Shown here: in pieces, positions 1 through 8,624 of the stretch
Layout: the number at the start of each line of letters is the position of its first letter
Position numbering within the stretch: position 1 is the first letter of the stretch
Source: Gemmatimonadaceae bacterium
GTDB taxonomy: Bacteria; Gemmatimonadota; Gemmatimonadetes; Gemmatimonadales; Gemmatimonadaceae
DNA length: 64,000 nucleotides
Direction of reading: 5' to 3'
Assembly: GCA_019637445.1 (NCBI GenBank)
Contig: JAHBVS010000001.1
Location: 529,586 to 593,585 of the forward strand
The notes under the pieces: model-generated
What the model saw: only the letters and a program-made list of their open reading frames with translations
What the model was told of the DNA's origin: nothing
Databases searched by the model: none
Translations under genes and position numbers: made by a program

Positions 1-2
1 GC

Positions 3-2021
3 CACGTCGCACCGGCGCCCACGCCGCAACTGTTCTCGTTCAACAACCCGCGCGGCGCCTGCGAGACCTGCAACGGTTTCGGCGCCACGCTGGAGTACGA
101 CGAGCAGTTGATCGTCCCCTACGCCGAACGTTCGCTGCGCGAGGGCGCGCTGGATCCGTGGACCAAGCCGCGCTACGAAAACAAGCGGCGCGCGCTCTCG
201 GAGTTCGCCAAGAAGGAAGGCATCCCCACCGACGTGGCGTGGCGCGACCTCTCCCCTGACCAGCGCGAGCGGCTGCTGCGTGGAAAGGCCAAGGGCTACA
301 TCGGCATCTTCCCGTTCCTGCGCGCGCTCGAGCCCAAGCGCTACAAGCAGTACATCCGCGTCTTCCTGCGTCAGTACCAGACCGCGCAGACCTGCGGCAG
401 CTGTGGCGGCGCCCGGCTCAAGCCCGAGGCGCTGCACGTCAAGATCGGCGGGCGCAGCATCGCGGAGGTCTCGGCGCTGCCGGTGGACCTGCTGCGCAGC
501 TGGGCGGATTCACTCGAGCTCTCCGAGCAGGAGGCGGCCATTGCGGCGCACATCCTGCGTGAGGCGCGCGACCGCATCACGTTCCTCGCCGAGGTCGGGC
601 TCACGTATCTCTCCCTCGACCGCGCCACGCGCTCGCTCTCGGGTGGCGAGGCGCAGCGCATCGGCCTCGCCAACTCGCTGGGCGCGCGGCTGGTGGACAC
701 GCTCTACGTGCTCGACGAACCCAGCATTGGCCTGCATCCACGCGACATCTCGCGATTGCTCGCGCTGCTCGAGCGCCTGCGCGACGGCGGCAACACGGTG
801 CTGATGGTGGAGCACGACCTCGAGGCCATTCGCATCAGCGACTGGATGCTGGAACTCGGCCCCGCCAGCGGCGAAAAGGGCGGCCAGGTCGTCTTCTCCG
901 GCCCGACGTCGAAGGCCGACGAGAGTCCGCTCACCGGACAGTTCCTCACGGGCGCGCGTACGATCGCGCTGCCGGAGAAGCGGCGCCGCGCCGGCCCGCA
1001 GTGGCTCACGCTGAGCGGAGCACGCGAGCACAACCTGCGCGATGTGTCGGTGAAGATCCCACTGCGCACGCTGACCTGCGTGACCGGCGTGAGCGGCAGC
1101 GGCAAGAGCACGCTGGTGCACGACGTGCTCTTCCGCGCGCTCGAGCGCCAGCTCACCGGCGAACATACGGCGCGGCAGCACCTGGGCGAACGCGTCGGCG
1201 CGTTCGACGCCATCGATGGCTATCAATCGCTCGACGAAGTCGTGCTCGTGGATCAGGAGCCCATCGGCAAGTCACCGCGCTCGAACCCCGTCACCTATGT
1301 GAAGGCTTTTGACGAGATCCGCCGCATCTTCGCCGAGACGCCGTTGGCGCGGCAGCGGCGCTACACGGCGAGCACGTTCTCATTCAATGTGAAGGGCGGT
1401 CGCTGCGAGACCTGCGAGGGAGCCGGCGCGCTCGAGGTGGAGATGGTCTTCATGGCCGACGTGTTCGTGCCCTGCGAGACCTGCGGCGGCTCGCGCTACA
1501 AGCCAGAGGTCCTCGAGGTGACCTACTTCGGCAAGCGCATTACCGACGTGTTGGAGATGACGGTGGACGAAGCCATCCGCTTCTTCCCGCGCGAGGAGAA
1601 GCTCGGGCAGGCACTGTGGCAGATCCAACAGGTCGGGCTCGGCTACCTGCGACTCGGCCAGGCGGCGACCACGCTCTCCGGTGGCGAGTCGCAGCGCTTG
1701 AAGGTCGCGCGCGAGTTGGCGTTCGCGGCGAAGAAGGGCGGTCGCAAGCTGTACATCCTCGATGAGCCAACCACTGGCCTGCATCCGCGCGACGTGGAAG
1801 TGCTCTGCGGCGTGCTGGATCGCCTCGTGGACAACGGGCACACGGTCGTCGTGATCGAGCACGACCTCGATGTGATCAAGCGCGCCGACTGGATCGTGGA
1901 CCTCGGACCCGACGGCGGCGACGGCGGCGGACGCATCGTGGCGATGGGAACGCCGGAGGAGATCGCGAAGGCATCAGGGTCGCATACTGGCCGCTTCCTG
2001 CAGTCGCATTTGAAGGCGTAA
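3..2021 (+). CDS. uvrA: Excinuclease ABC subunit A (UvrA), 5' end outside window
   Basis: Frame open from base 3 (FSFNNPRGACETCNGFG); two ABC cassettes (LSGGEAQRI, GVSGSGKS, LSGGESQRL, LDEPTTGLH) and UvrA zinc-finger CxxC pairs. Confidence 0.95.
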   Translation, partial: HVAPAPTPQLFSFNNPRGACETCNGFGATLEYDEQLIVPYAERSLREGALDPWTKPRYENKRRALSEFAKKEGIPTDVAWRDLSPDQRERLLRGKAKGYIGIFPFLRALEPKRYKQYIRVFLRQYQTAQTCGSCGGARLKPEALHVKIGGRSIAEVSALPVDLLRSWADSLELSEQEAAIAAHILREARDRITFLAEVGLTYLSLDRATRSLSGGEAQRIGLANSLGARLVDTLYVLDEPSIGLHPRDISRLLALLERLRDGGNTVLMVEHDLEAIRISDWMLELGPASGEKGGQVVFSGPTSKADESPLTGQFLTGARTIALPEKRRRAGPQWLTLSGAREHNLRDVSVKIPLRTLTCVTGVSGSGKSTLVHDVLFRALERQLTGEHTARQHLGERVGAFDAIDGYQSLDEVVLVDQEPIGKSPRSNPVTYVKAFDEIRRIFAETPLARQRRYTASTFSFNVKGGRCETCEGAGALEVEMVFMADVFVPCETCGGSRYKPEVLEVTYFGKRITDVLEMTVDEAIRFFPREEKLGQALWQIQQVGLGYLRLGQAATTLSGGESQRLKVARELAFAAKKGGRKLYILDEPTTGLHPRDVEVLCGVLDRLVDNGHTVVVIEHDLDVIKRADWIVDLGPDGGDGGGRIVAMGTPEEIAKASGSHTGRFLQSHLKA

Positions 2022-2077
2022 GTGATTATATTGCATAGACTAAGGCGATTCTAGAAAACCTCCAACCGGAGACGCAT

Positions 2078-2368
2078 ATGGCGATTACGAAGCGTACCGT
2101 GCGCAAGAAGGCGCGCAACGCGGTGAAGGCCGCCTCGAAGACGCGCACGAAGGTCGCGAAGAAGACGCGCGCCGCGGTGAAGGCTGGCAAGGCGGCCCTG
2201 AAGAAGGCGGGTGCCGCGGCCACGAAGGCCCGCGCCGCTGCCAAGCGCGCGGGTGCCAAGGTCGCGAAGGCTGCGAAGGACAAGCGCGTGCAGCGCGCGG
2301 CCGCGGCCGTCGCGATTGCCGGCGCTGCTGCCGCTGCTACCGTCGCGGCACGCCGCCGCAAGAAGTAG
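2078..2368 (+). CDS. Small Lys/Ala-rich basic (histone H1-like) protein, probable nucleoid-associated protein
   Basis: 96 aa dominated by K/A/R; GGAG upstream of ATG. Confidence 0.7.
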   Translation: MAITKRTVRKKARNAVKAASKTRTKVAKKTRAAVKAGKAALKKAGAAATKARAAAKRAGAKVAKAAKDKRVQRAAAAVAIAGAAAAATVAARRRKK

Positions 2369-2381
2369 CGACTCGCAGCAA

Positions 2382-3602
2382 CTACTCGTGGCGGATCGCG
2401 TCGATCGGTGAGAGACGCGCCGCCCGCAGCGCCGGATAGAGTCCGAAGAGCAGCCCGATCACGATGCTTACCACGACGGCGAAGCCCACCGTCGGCAACG
2501 TGATCGCGGGCTGCACCGGCGCGTTGGTCTGCGCGCGCATGATCGCCGCGGCCAGGAAGGCGATGCCGAGCCCCGTCACGACGCCCACCGCGGCCCCGAG
2601 CCCGGTGATGGCCACGGACTCGGCGAGGAACTGCACCAGGATGTCACCGCGCCGCGCACCCGTCGCCTTACGGATGCCGATCTCACGCGTGCGCTCGGCC
2701 ACCGACGCGAGCAGTACGTTCATGATGCCCACGCCGCCCACCAGCAGCGACACGCCGGTGATGGAGGCCATCAACAGCTTGAAGATCCGCATCGCCGTCG
2801 CGGTCTGCTCCGCACGCGCACGGCGATTCACGACCTCGACTTCCTCCTTCCACTTCGCGCCAAATCGCTGCGCCGCCCAACCCTCGGCGAGCACGCGAAT
2901 CGTGTCCACGTCCTCGATTCGCCGCGCTGTGATGGCCAGCGAGGGCGTGACGCGCGGGCCGAGCGCGCGTGCGGCGTCCTCGACGGGGATCCAGGCCACG
3001 AGGCCCAGCAGCGTGGTGTCGGGGGCGGCGATGCCGACGACGGTGTGCGGATTGCCACCGAACGTCAGGCGCCGTCCGAGCACAGGTTCGCGCGAGGACG
3101 TGGAGTCGGCGAGCAGCGCGGCAGCGGCTGCGTCGGAGAGCACGACGGCGGCCGTGTCGGCATCTCGCAGCCAACGGCCGAGCGCCACCGCTGGCCGGTT
3201 CTGCGGCACGGGCTCCGCCTGCACCGCCTGGAGGATGTAGCCGCGCAGGCGCCCCGTGGGCTCCGTCGCCACCAACGCGCCGCCGCCGGCCCGCAGGGTC
3301 ACGTGCTGGGCCTGCGGCAGCAACGCGGCCAGCGTACGGGCATCCTCGCGCGTGAGCACGGGGATCGAGTCGCGACGCAGGAACTGGCCGTCCACGCGCA
3401 CACCCGTCACCGGGGTGACGCCGACGCTGAGGAAGTCCGTCGTGCGTTCGATCTGCTCGCGGGCGAACTTCTCGACGCCGTCGCCCATGGCGAGGACGGA
3501 GACCATCGCGGCGACGCCCATCACCACGCCGAGGGTGGAGAGGACGGTGCGCAGCGGGTTGGCGCGGAGAGCTTCGAAACCGACGGAGAGATTGCGGGCC
3601 AT
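2382..3602 (-). CDS. ABC transporter permease, MacB/FtsX family
   Basis: N-terminal RTVLSTLGVVMGVAAM TM, periplasmic domain, GGVGIMNVLLASVAERTREIGIRKATGA motif, C-terminal PALRAARLSPIDAIRHE. Confidence 0.93.
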   Translation of the reverse strand: MARNLSVGFEALRANPLRTVLSTLGVVMGVAAMVSVLAMGDGVEKFAREQIERTTDFLSVGVTPVTGVRVDGQFLRRDSIPVLTREDARTLAALLPQAQHVTLRAGGGALVATEPTGRLRGYILQAVQAEPVPQNRPAVALGRWLRDADTAAVVLSDAAAAALLADSTSSREPVLGRRLTFGGNPHTVVGIAAPDTTLLGLVAWIPVEDAARALGPRVTPSLAITARRIEDVDTIRVLAEGWAAQRFGAKWKEEVEVVNRRARAEQTATAMRIFKLLMASITGVSLLVGGVGIMNVLLASVAERTREIGIRKATGARRGDILVQFLAESVAITGLGAAVGVVTGLGIAFLAAAIMRAQTNAPVQPAITLPTVGFAVVVSIVIGLLFGLYPALRAARLSPIDAIRHE

Positions 3603-3653
3603 GGCGGGACTACGGAGGGGCGCGCTGGGCGTTTCGCGGCTGGTGGCCGACGC

Positions 3654-3683
3654 TTGAATGGAGGGGTCTGCCCCGATTATACT
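3654..3683 (+). promoter_or_regulatory. Sigma70-like promoter of tRNA-Asn
   Basis: TTGAAT-N18-TATACT ending 10 bp before the tRNA. Confidence 0.6.
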
Positions 3684-4269
3684 ACGAGTCTATTCCGGCG
3701 TAGCTCAGTTGGTAGAGCAGGTGACTGTTAATCACCGGGTCCTCGGTTCGAGTCCGAGCGCCGGAGCTGAGAAGGTCTGCGAGGAGTGTCATGCGGAAGG
3801 CGCGTATCTCCTGTGCGGGCTGAGGGTTACCGGGCACTGGTGCGTAGCGCAGCACCAGTGCCCGCTGCGTTCTGCCGGCGCGTCGCCACTCACCCGTAGC
3901 GGAAACCGTAGCAGAGCGTTTCGGCTCCAAGGCGTTGTGCATGGCGATGTGGTCGCGCCGCTTCATCACGGCAAGGTTCTCGGGGCGGTTGTCCTGCTTG
4001 TCGTCGTTCAGGTGGTGCACGCACTCATCGGCGCGCAGTAGCCGGCCGAGCACCATCTCCGCGACGACGCGGTGCTCGTAGAGGATCGCCCTCGAGCCGC
4101 TCGGCACCCGCACGTAACCGCGGTGATCGACGTGACGGGAGCCGCGGACCGGCAACGCGCCTGGCGTGGCGATGAAGCGGTGCCGTGCGCAGACGACCTG
4201 GCCGTCGGGCAGCACCCAACCACCGGCCAGCTTCGTGGTCCCGCACTTGAGGCACGCGCGCGTCGTCAC
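3682..4269 (-). CDS. HNH endonuclease (HNH_3-like) whose frame crosses the att core; 195 aa in lysogen
   Basis: GTG overlaps integrase stop (GTGA) with GGAG upstream; YEHRVVAEMVLGRLL...VHHLNDDKQDNRPENLAVM...H..MH motif. Confidence 0.82.
   Translation of the reverse strand: MTTRACLKCGTTKLAGGWVLPDGQVVCARHRFIATPGALPVRGSRHVDHRGYVRVPSGSRAILYEHRVVAEMVLGRLLRADECVHHLNDDKQDNRPENLAVMKRRDHIAMHNALEPKRSATVSATGEWRRAGRTQRALVLRYAPVPGNPQPAQEIRAFRMTLLADLLSSGARTRTEDPVINSHLLYQLSYAGIDS
3694..3766 (+). tRNA. tRNA-Asn (GTT); 3' half supplied by the prophage
   Basis: Acceptor TCCGGCG/CGCCGGA, D-arm AGCTCAGTTGGTAGAGC, anticodon stem GGTGA/TCACC with GTT at 3727-3729, T-arm CTCGG-TTCGAGT-CCGAG; no encoded CCA. Confidence 0.97.
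3725..3768 (+). repeat. attL (17-bp exact core CTGTTAATCACCGGGTC at 3725-3741, then imperfect match)
   Basis: 38/44 identical to 53794-53837. Confidence 0.93.
3831..3864 (+). terminator. Phage-supplied hairpin downstream of tRNA-Asn (terminator or processing site)
   Basis: Perfect 13-bp stem CGGGCACTGGTGC/GCACCAGTGCCCG, 8-nt loop; weak U-tract. Confidence 0.5.
3894..3912 (+). promoter_or_regulatory. Putative integrase arm-type sites (attL side)
   Basis: CCGTAGC twice at 12-bp period (3894, 3906); same arrangement near attR. Confidence 0.55.
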
Positions 4270-5399
4270 TGCTGCGCTCCGCGACGCTTCGCCGCCTGCA
4301 TGAGATCCTCGGCCCGCGGCCGGTACTTCGCATAGAGCTTCATGGCCATCACTTCGTTCGCGTGGCCGAGGTTCGCCGAGATCAGCTTCAGCTCGTAGCC
4401 GCGCCGGGCCATCTCCACGCCGAACGAGTGCCGCGCGCCGTGCAGCGTGTAGCCCTCGCGGATCGGCACACCCTGCGCCCGCAGCGCTTCGCAGGCGGCC
4501 GCCTGCGCATCCGCATGGGCGCCGTGCGCGACGGGAAAGAGCGGAGCATCGGGCAGGAAGCCCCCGCCCCGCACGTACGAGGCGAAGAGATCCCAGCACG
4601 CGTCGTCGAGCACGATCGCCTGGCGGTCGCGGTTCGCATTCTTGCGGCCGTGCGCCCACACGACCTTCGTCGCGAGGTCCACGTCGCGCCGGCACATCGC
4701 GAGCGCGGCCTGCATCTCGAGGCCGGCCCCGTGCCGGATCGCCGCCAGCGCACGATGCGCACCCTCCGGCATCGCGTGCAGCAGGCGCACCACGTGCGGC
4801 CACTCGGCGTAGCGGTCCTTCGTGCGGTTCGCCGGCGGCAGCTTGAGTGTGCGCAACGGATTGCTCGGCAGCCGACCCGTCTCGACGCAGTAGTCGAGGA
4901 AGTGCATCCACGCGGCCGCGTGCCGGCGGCGGTTGGTCCCGCTGCCAGGCAACGCGTCGAGTCGCGCGCGCAGCGCCGGCGTCGTCAGCTGCGAGCGCCA
5001 GAGCCCGCCGGCGACGAGCGCCTGCACCTGCGCGCGGTACTTGCGGAACGTCTCGCGCGAGAACGTCTCGTCGCGCACGCGCGCCTCGAGCGCCGCGACC
5101 CACGGCTCCAGTGCCTCCGCGAGGTTGAGGTCCTCGAGCGTGGCCTGCAGCTCGTCGAGCGTGCCGCCGAGCCAGGCGTCGTAGACCGCACCGACGCGGA
5201 GCCGGCGCGCGAGGATGGCGTCTCGTACCCACAGTAGGCGCTTGCCGCGCCCGCCCAGGAGGTCGAGCATCTTCTGCATCTGGTCGGCCGTCGGCTTGTC
5301 GCGAGTGCCGGAGCTCACGCGGGCATACGGGCGCGCCGGATCCCCGGTCGGGATCGTCAGCGTCCAGGTGAGCTCGTCCTTCTTGCGGTAGGGTGTCAT
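4266..5399 (-). CDS. int: Tyrosine recombinase (integrase), 377 aa, atypical box I
   Basis: HGARHS (HxxR), LGHA, C-terminal YAKY, upstream GRK; ATG overlaps upstream stop; adjacent to attL. Confidence 0.92.
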   Translation of the reverse strand: MTPYRKKDELTWTLTIPTGDPARPYARVSSGTRDKPTADQMQKMLDLLGGRGKRLLWVRDAILARRLRVGAVYDAWLGGTLDELQATLEDLNLAEALEPWVAALEARVRDETFSRETFRKYRAQVQALVAGGLWRSQLTTPALRARLDALPGSGTNRRRHAAAWMHFLDYCVETGRLPSNPLRTLKLPPANRTKDRYAEWPHVVRLLHAMPEGAHRALAAIRHGAGLEMQAALAMCRRDVDLATKVVWAHGRKNANRDRQAIVLDDACWDLFASYVRGGGFLPDAPLFPVAHGAHADAQAAACEALRAQGVPIREGYTLHGARHSFGVEMARRGYELKLISANLGHANEVMAMKLYAKYRPRAEDLMQAAKRRGAQQ

Positions 5400-5641
5400 C
5401 CGACCTTCTTGAGCGCGCGCACGCGCGAGAGCGGGGAGTTGCGGTTCGAGCGAGCCTCGAGCAGTTCCTCGACGCGCGTCGCATCGTAGAGTCGGTGGCC
5501 GCGCACCGTCCCGTTGGGAACGGTGACGACGGCCGAGGCGAAGAATGGTCGCACGCGGTACCATGCCGCACGCTTCGAGGCGCCCGCGAGCTTGAGCTTC
5601 TCACGCAGCTCCTGTTCGGACAGCAGCGAGTCCAGACTCAT
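5396..5641 (-). CDS. Probable excisionase / recombination directionality factor
   Basis: 81-aa basic protein coupled (ATGA) to integrase; RLYDATRVEELL wing-like motif. Confidence 0.55.
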   Translation of the reverse strand: MSLDSLLSEQELREKLKLAGASKRAAWYRVRPFFASAVVTVPNGTVRGHRLYDATRVEELLEARSNRNSPLSRVRALKKVG

Positions 5642-5952
5642 GCCTCTCCCTGGGCCGTCTCGGGCCCGACGATGCGGTCCACGATCGTCGCCTGCAGGCG
5701 TCCGATTTCCTCGCGCTGTTGCCGGAGCGTCTCCGTGGCTTCGCCAAGCGCGCGACGGTGACTCGCGATCAGCTGCTCGGTCGGCGACTCGATGCCGATC
5801 GGCGCGCGGTGTCCACTGGGGCACGTGAGCGTGCCCTGCGTCGCGACGGTCACGTCGAACAGCCGCTGCTCCACCGCGAACGGCGTGCCACAGCCTGGGC
5901 ACGTCGTCACGGTGAAGCGCACCGGTGCGTCGAAGGTCGCGCGCGCAGACAT
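5638..5952 (-). CDS. Zn-finger plus coiled-coil phage protein
   Basis: CPGC...CPSGH then heptad helix; coupled to neighbours. Confidence 0.7.
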   Translation of the reverse strand: MSARATFDAPVRFTVTTCPGCGTPFAVEQRLFDVTVATQGTLTCPSGHRAPIGIESPTEQLIASHRRALGEATETLRQQREEIGRLQATIVDRIVGPETAQGEA

Positions 5953-5953
5953 G

Positions 5954-7807
5954 CTACTTGGCCTTCACCAGGTGCTTGGTGACGGCCTTCGTCATGTCGA
6001 ACATCGAGATCGCGTCCTTGCCGCCGAAGATCGGGCGCAGCTTCTCATCCGCCTTGATCATGCGGCGGTTCTTCTTGTCCTGCAGGCCGTGCTTCCTGAT
6101 GTACGCCCACAGCTTCTTGATGAGCTCGGTGCGCGGCATCGGCTTCGTGCCGACGACGGCGGCGAGCTTGGCGTCTGGCGTCACAGGCTGCATGAACTGC
6201 GCGGCTGGCTGTCGCTTGGCGACCTTCTTCTTCGGCGCCTTGGTCACCTTCACCGCCTTAGGTGCCGCGGAGGCCTTCGGCGGTGCTGTCGGCTGCTCGG
6301 CCTTCGGCGCCTCTGCCTTCGGCGTGTGCTTCTTCAGGATCGCGCCAGCGTCGATGCCGAACTGCTTGGCCATCGGCTTGAGGCGCTGCTCGAACGTCCA
6401 GCTGTCGTCGAGGCGGAAGTAGCCACCGAACGCGCGCTGCGCGAAGAGACGGCGCACCAGGTCATCGACTGTGCGCGAGGGAAGCTTGGCTAGCCGAGAC
6501 TTCCCAAGCGGCTCCCGGATGTCGCTCGAGTCCTTGATGATCGCCTGCAGCAGCGTCAACGGCTTGGCTTTGGCGATCGCAGCGAAGAGCGCGTCGAGGA
6601 GCTCCGGGGTCGCGGCTGTAAGTGCCGCCGCCTGCGCCTTCCGCGCAGCGTCCTCCTTGGCCTGCTGCTCACGCTGCTTCCGTGCGACCTCGGCCTCGCT
6701 GACCTTCTTGCCGGCCTTGCTCGTGAGCTCGCCGCGCCGGGCCTTCTCGCGGTCCTCGCGCCGCTTCACGTGCTGCGGCCAGTGCCGCTTGCAGCGGTCC
6801 TTGTTGGTGCAGACCAGGAGCGCGTGCCCGCGCGAGGCGTCGCCGGCGAACACGATACCCAGCACCGCGTAGTCGCACGTCGGCTGCCCTTGCTCGTTCT
6901 CCGCCCGCTTCCAGGAGAGGGGCCCGATCACCTTCTCGCTGCCCTTCACGCGGGGATCCACGTGCCCGAACGCGATGAAGACCTGCCGGCGCTTGGCCGC
7001 CGTCGCCGTCTCGATGGCCGCGGCCGTCGCCGGCAGCAGGTGCTCCAGCTCCGGGTGCGCCAGGTCGACGCGCACGTTGCGGTCGATCCACGCCCTCAGC
7101 TCGCGCACGGTGCGCGCCTTCTGGCCGCCGTTGTCCGGGCCGAGCAGCTTGAGCTCGTCCGGCGCGTGGCCCTCTGGCTGAAAGAGGCCTTCCTTGATCG
7201 CGCGCTTCTGGTCCGAGGTCCCGATCTTCGCGAGCTCGAGCGCATGGCCCAGCTCGATGCGGCCGTCCTCGAGGAGGCTCACGGCCTTCTCGTCGAGCTT
7301 CAGCAGCCGCAGGCGGTCGCGCACGTAGTCGACCGAGACGCCCGAGCGCTCGGCGATCTTCTCGACGGTCCAGCCCTCGAGGCGCTTCTGCAGGAGCGCA
7401 TAGCCGCGCGCCTCCTCCATCGGCTGCAGGTCGCGCCGCTTCAGGTTCTCGAACGTCAGCGCCTCGAGGAACTCGGCGTCGCCGAGCGGCCGCACGACGC
7501 ACTGCAGGTGCGTGAGGCCCGCCTTGCGCGCGGCACGGAGGCGGGTGGCGCCGGCAGCGAGCTCGTAGCGGCCGATCGCTTTCGGGTTCGGGCGCACCAG
7601 CGCGTGCGTCAGCTGGCCGCTGGCGAGCATCGACGCCGCGAGCTCGTCGATCCATGCCGCGGGGAAGTGCTTGCGTGGGTTGTCCGGGCTCTCGTCGATC
7701 AGCGAGAGGCCGATCGCCTCGACGCGCGCCTCGCCCGCGCGCTCCATCGCGCGCATCGAGGCCTCGCGGTTGGTCGGAGCGTCCTGTCGTTCCATGGTTG
7801 CCGTCAT
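5954..7807 (-). CDS. ParB/Spo0J-like protein fused to C-terminal SWIB/MDM2 domain
   Basis: NPRKHF, YELAAGATRLRAA, ENLKRRDL, HTH; K/A/P linker; FMQPVTPDAKLAAVVGTKPMPRTELIKKLWAYIRKHGLQD...MFDMTKAVTKHL. Confidence 0.9.
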   Translation of the reverse strand: MTATMERQDAPTNREASMRAMERAGEARVEAIGLSLIDESPDNPRKHFPAAWIDELAASMLASGQLTHALVRPNPKAIGRYELAAGATRLRAARKAGLTHLQCVVRPLGDAEFLEALTFENLKRRDLQPMEEARGYALLQKRLEGWTVEKIAERSGVSVDYVRDRLRLLKLDEKAVSLLEDGRIELGHALELAKIGTSDQKRAIKEGLFQPEGHAPDELKLLGPDNGGQKARTVRELRAWIDRNVRVDLAHPELEHLLPATAAAIETATAAKRRQVFIAFGHVDPRVKGSEKVIGPLSWKRAENEQGQPTCDYAVLGIVFAGDASRGHALLVCTNKDRCKRHWPQHVKRREDREKARRGELTSKAGKKVSEAEVARKQREQQAKEDAARKAQAAALTAATPELLDALFAAIAKAKPLTLLQAIIKDSSDIREPLGKSRLAKLPSRTVDDLVRRLFAQRAFGGYFRLDDSWTFEQRLKPMAKQFGIDAGAILKKHTPKAEAPKAEQPTAPPKASAAPKAVKVTKAPKKKVAKRQPAAQFMQPVTPDAKLAAVVGTKPMPRTELIKKLWAYIRKHGLQDKKNRRMIKADEKLRPIFGGKDAISMFDMTKAVTKHLVKAK

Positions 7808-8349
7808 CCTGCCCTGCCCTCCATTCGGTTGGTGCGGGCCGCGAACAGCTGGCCCGCGATGCTGATCACCTCCGCCGACCCTGCGTAGAGCCCGTGCTTG
7901 GTCAGAACTGGCACCGCGTGCTCCGCCGCGGCGCTAAGCAGTTGCAGGTACTGCTGGAGATCGGTCGCTACGCCGCGGCGCACGCCGACCTCGACCATCC
8001 ACGTGCCGTTGCCCTTCCGCCGCTTCGTCAGCGTGAGCGCGAAGTGGACGAGCGGCACCGCCAGAAAACCGCGATCGCCAGGCGGCAGGCCGGAGGTGTC
8101 GAGAGGCCGCGCCAGCGCGCCGCTCGTGAGCAGCCCGCCCTCGATCTCGACCAGCGGCACGAAGCCGCGCACGAGCTGGGCATCCGGCTGCCGCGTGCCG
8201 CGGAAGCGGAGCGCGAAGGGCCCGACGTTGGGCTCGTGCGCGTGCACGAGGTCGCAGTACGAGACATCGAGCACGAGTGGCTCGTCGAGCGACAGCCGGA
8301 ACGTCCGCTCGATGGGGCGTTCGCTGCGCACGGTGGCGGGTGCCGTCAC
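7804..8349 (-). CDS. Hypothetical phage protein
   Basis: 181-aa ORF with start/stop overlaps on both sides. Confidence 0.7.
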   Translation of the reverse strand: MTAPATVRSERPIERTFRLSLDEPLVLDVSYCDLVHAHEPNVGPFALRFRGTRQPDAQLVRGFVPLVEIEGGLLTSGALARPLDTSGLPPGDRGFLAVPLVHFALTLTKRRKGNGTWMVEVGVRRGVATDLQQYLQLLSAAAEHAVPVLTKHGLYAGSAEVISIAGQLFAARTNRMEGRAG

Positions 8350-8624
8350 TTCTCCTCCAGCTCGAGCAGCAGCTCGCCGAATCGATGGTCCACGGTGTCG
8401 CCGAGCTCGCAGATCTTCGCGACCCGCTGGAGCTTCCGGACCGCCATGAAGAGCGCGATCGACTCCAGCGAATGGTTGCGCGGCGCGCGCGGCGCCTGGG
8501 TGATCGCGATGTTGAGCTGGTCGCCGATCGCATCGAAGGCGAGCGCGAGCTTCGTGGACGCGGCGCCGGCGTCGAGCTCCTGCTGCTCTTGGATCCTGAT
8601 GTCCCGCTCATTCGGAGGCGTCAT
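8346..8624 (-). CDS. Hypothetical phage protein (92 aa)
   Basis: ATG at 8624 overlaps upstream TGA. Confidence 0.65.
   Translation of the reverse strand: MTPPNERDIRIQEQQELDAGAASTKLALAFDAIGDQLNIAITQAPRAPRNHSLESIALFMAVRKLQRVAKICELGDTVDHRFGELLLELEEK

Noticed and set aside
2078-2368. Host K/A-rich protein as a novelty
   Set aside because: H1-like basic proteins are widespread in bacteria; nothing beyond composition is visible
4270-5604. 640-aa ORF 3682..5604 as one protein
   Set aside because: The N-terminal ~445 aa is an alternative-frame shadow of the integrase; the real gene starts at GTG 4269 with an RBS and stop overlap
5925-6422. + strand ORF opposite the SWIB domain
   Set aside because: Antisense mirror of the K/A-rich region; the - strand frame carries the recognisable domain
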